DNA of 64,000 nucleotides. Origin: Podarcis tiliguerta (taxonomy: Eukaryota). A program made the translations under genes and the position numbers. The stretch is from NCBI GenBank assembly GCA_965153285.1, contig OZ229110.1; one strand, given 5' to 3'. Below the pieces are notes generated by a model. That model worked only from the letters and a program-made list of their open reading frames with translations. It ran no database searches and was not told the DNA's origin. Positions 63,724-64,000 of this stretch are shown here, one piece after another (position 1 is the first letter of the stretch; the number at the start of each line of letters is the position of its first letter).

Positions 63724-64000
63724 TCCTTCTTGTTAGGTTCTACAATTAAGCTTTAAAAATGGAAGCTTTTTGTGGGAGGAGGGTTCCCAGTTCTTCACAT
63801 CTCTAGTTGACAGGAGAGAGTTTGGGAAAGGGCTGCAGGTATATAGGCCAGGTTTGAGAGCAATGTGAGCAGGGGTTCAGCTCCTACTTACTTCATATTT
63901 TTGAAACTTCCGGACAAACCCATATATACTTCAAGCCTGTTATATATAGAGAGAGCTACTGCCTCTGGCTGCTCCATCATTGCCTTTCAAAGATAAAAAG

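Larger units (their letters stand above)
22148..64000 (+). other. GTDC1: 5' part of a very long GTDC1 intron (next coding exon not found in the window)
   Basis: No ORF encoding the expected downstream GTDC1 sequence (...HIVWPHRWEHDK...) is in the track. The N-gaps could in principle hide sequence. Confidence 0.75.

Noticed and set aside
1-64000. Prokaryotic-type systems (CRISPR array, operon, defence island)
   Set aside because: The sequence is spliceosomal-intron DNA with vertebrate retroposons. There are no regularly spaced repeat-spacer arrays and no long ORFs.

Overview
Vertebrate nuclear DNA, almost certainly from a squamate reptile. A lacertid lizard is the best guess, from the Sauria-SINE/BovB/Squam3-like/CR1/L2 repeat complement. 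The window lies inside the + strand GTDC1 (QTMAN, queuosine-tRNA mannosyltransferase) gene. Two internal coding exons are visible (14142-14309 and 21974-22147). Both have phase 2-2 boundaries and splice in frame to RILFASSVLNLTELVALRPDLGK...QILSCLVADVV...FPDVSR. The first coding exon and the downstream exons were not found, so the rest is intron. It contains five Sauria SINEs, tRNA-derived SINEs, CR1/L2/BovB fragments, Tc1/mariner and hAT MITEs, microsatellites, four N-gaps and several repeat-free blocks that look like conserved non-coding elements (GTDC1 neighbours ZEB2). Almost all ORFs in the six-frame track are spurious or LINE remnants. I found no demonstrable new multi-gene system. The best leads are RNA-processing signals: two candidate stop-introducing micro-exons, a candidate recursive splice site, a candidate truncating last exon, and inverted SINEs around a stop-less circularisable exon. 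Two unusual transposon architectures are also notable: a 64-bp target duplication with a fold-back, and a hAT-like element with alternative hairpins. Family names are from recalled consensus sequences and were not checked by database search.
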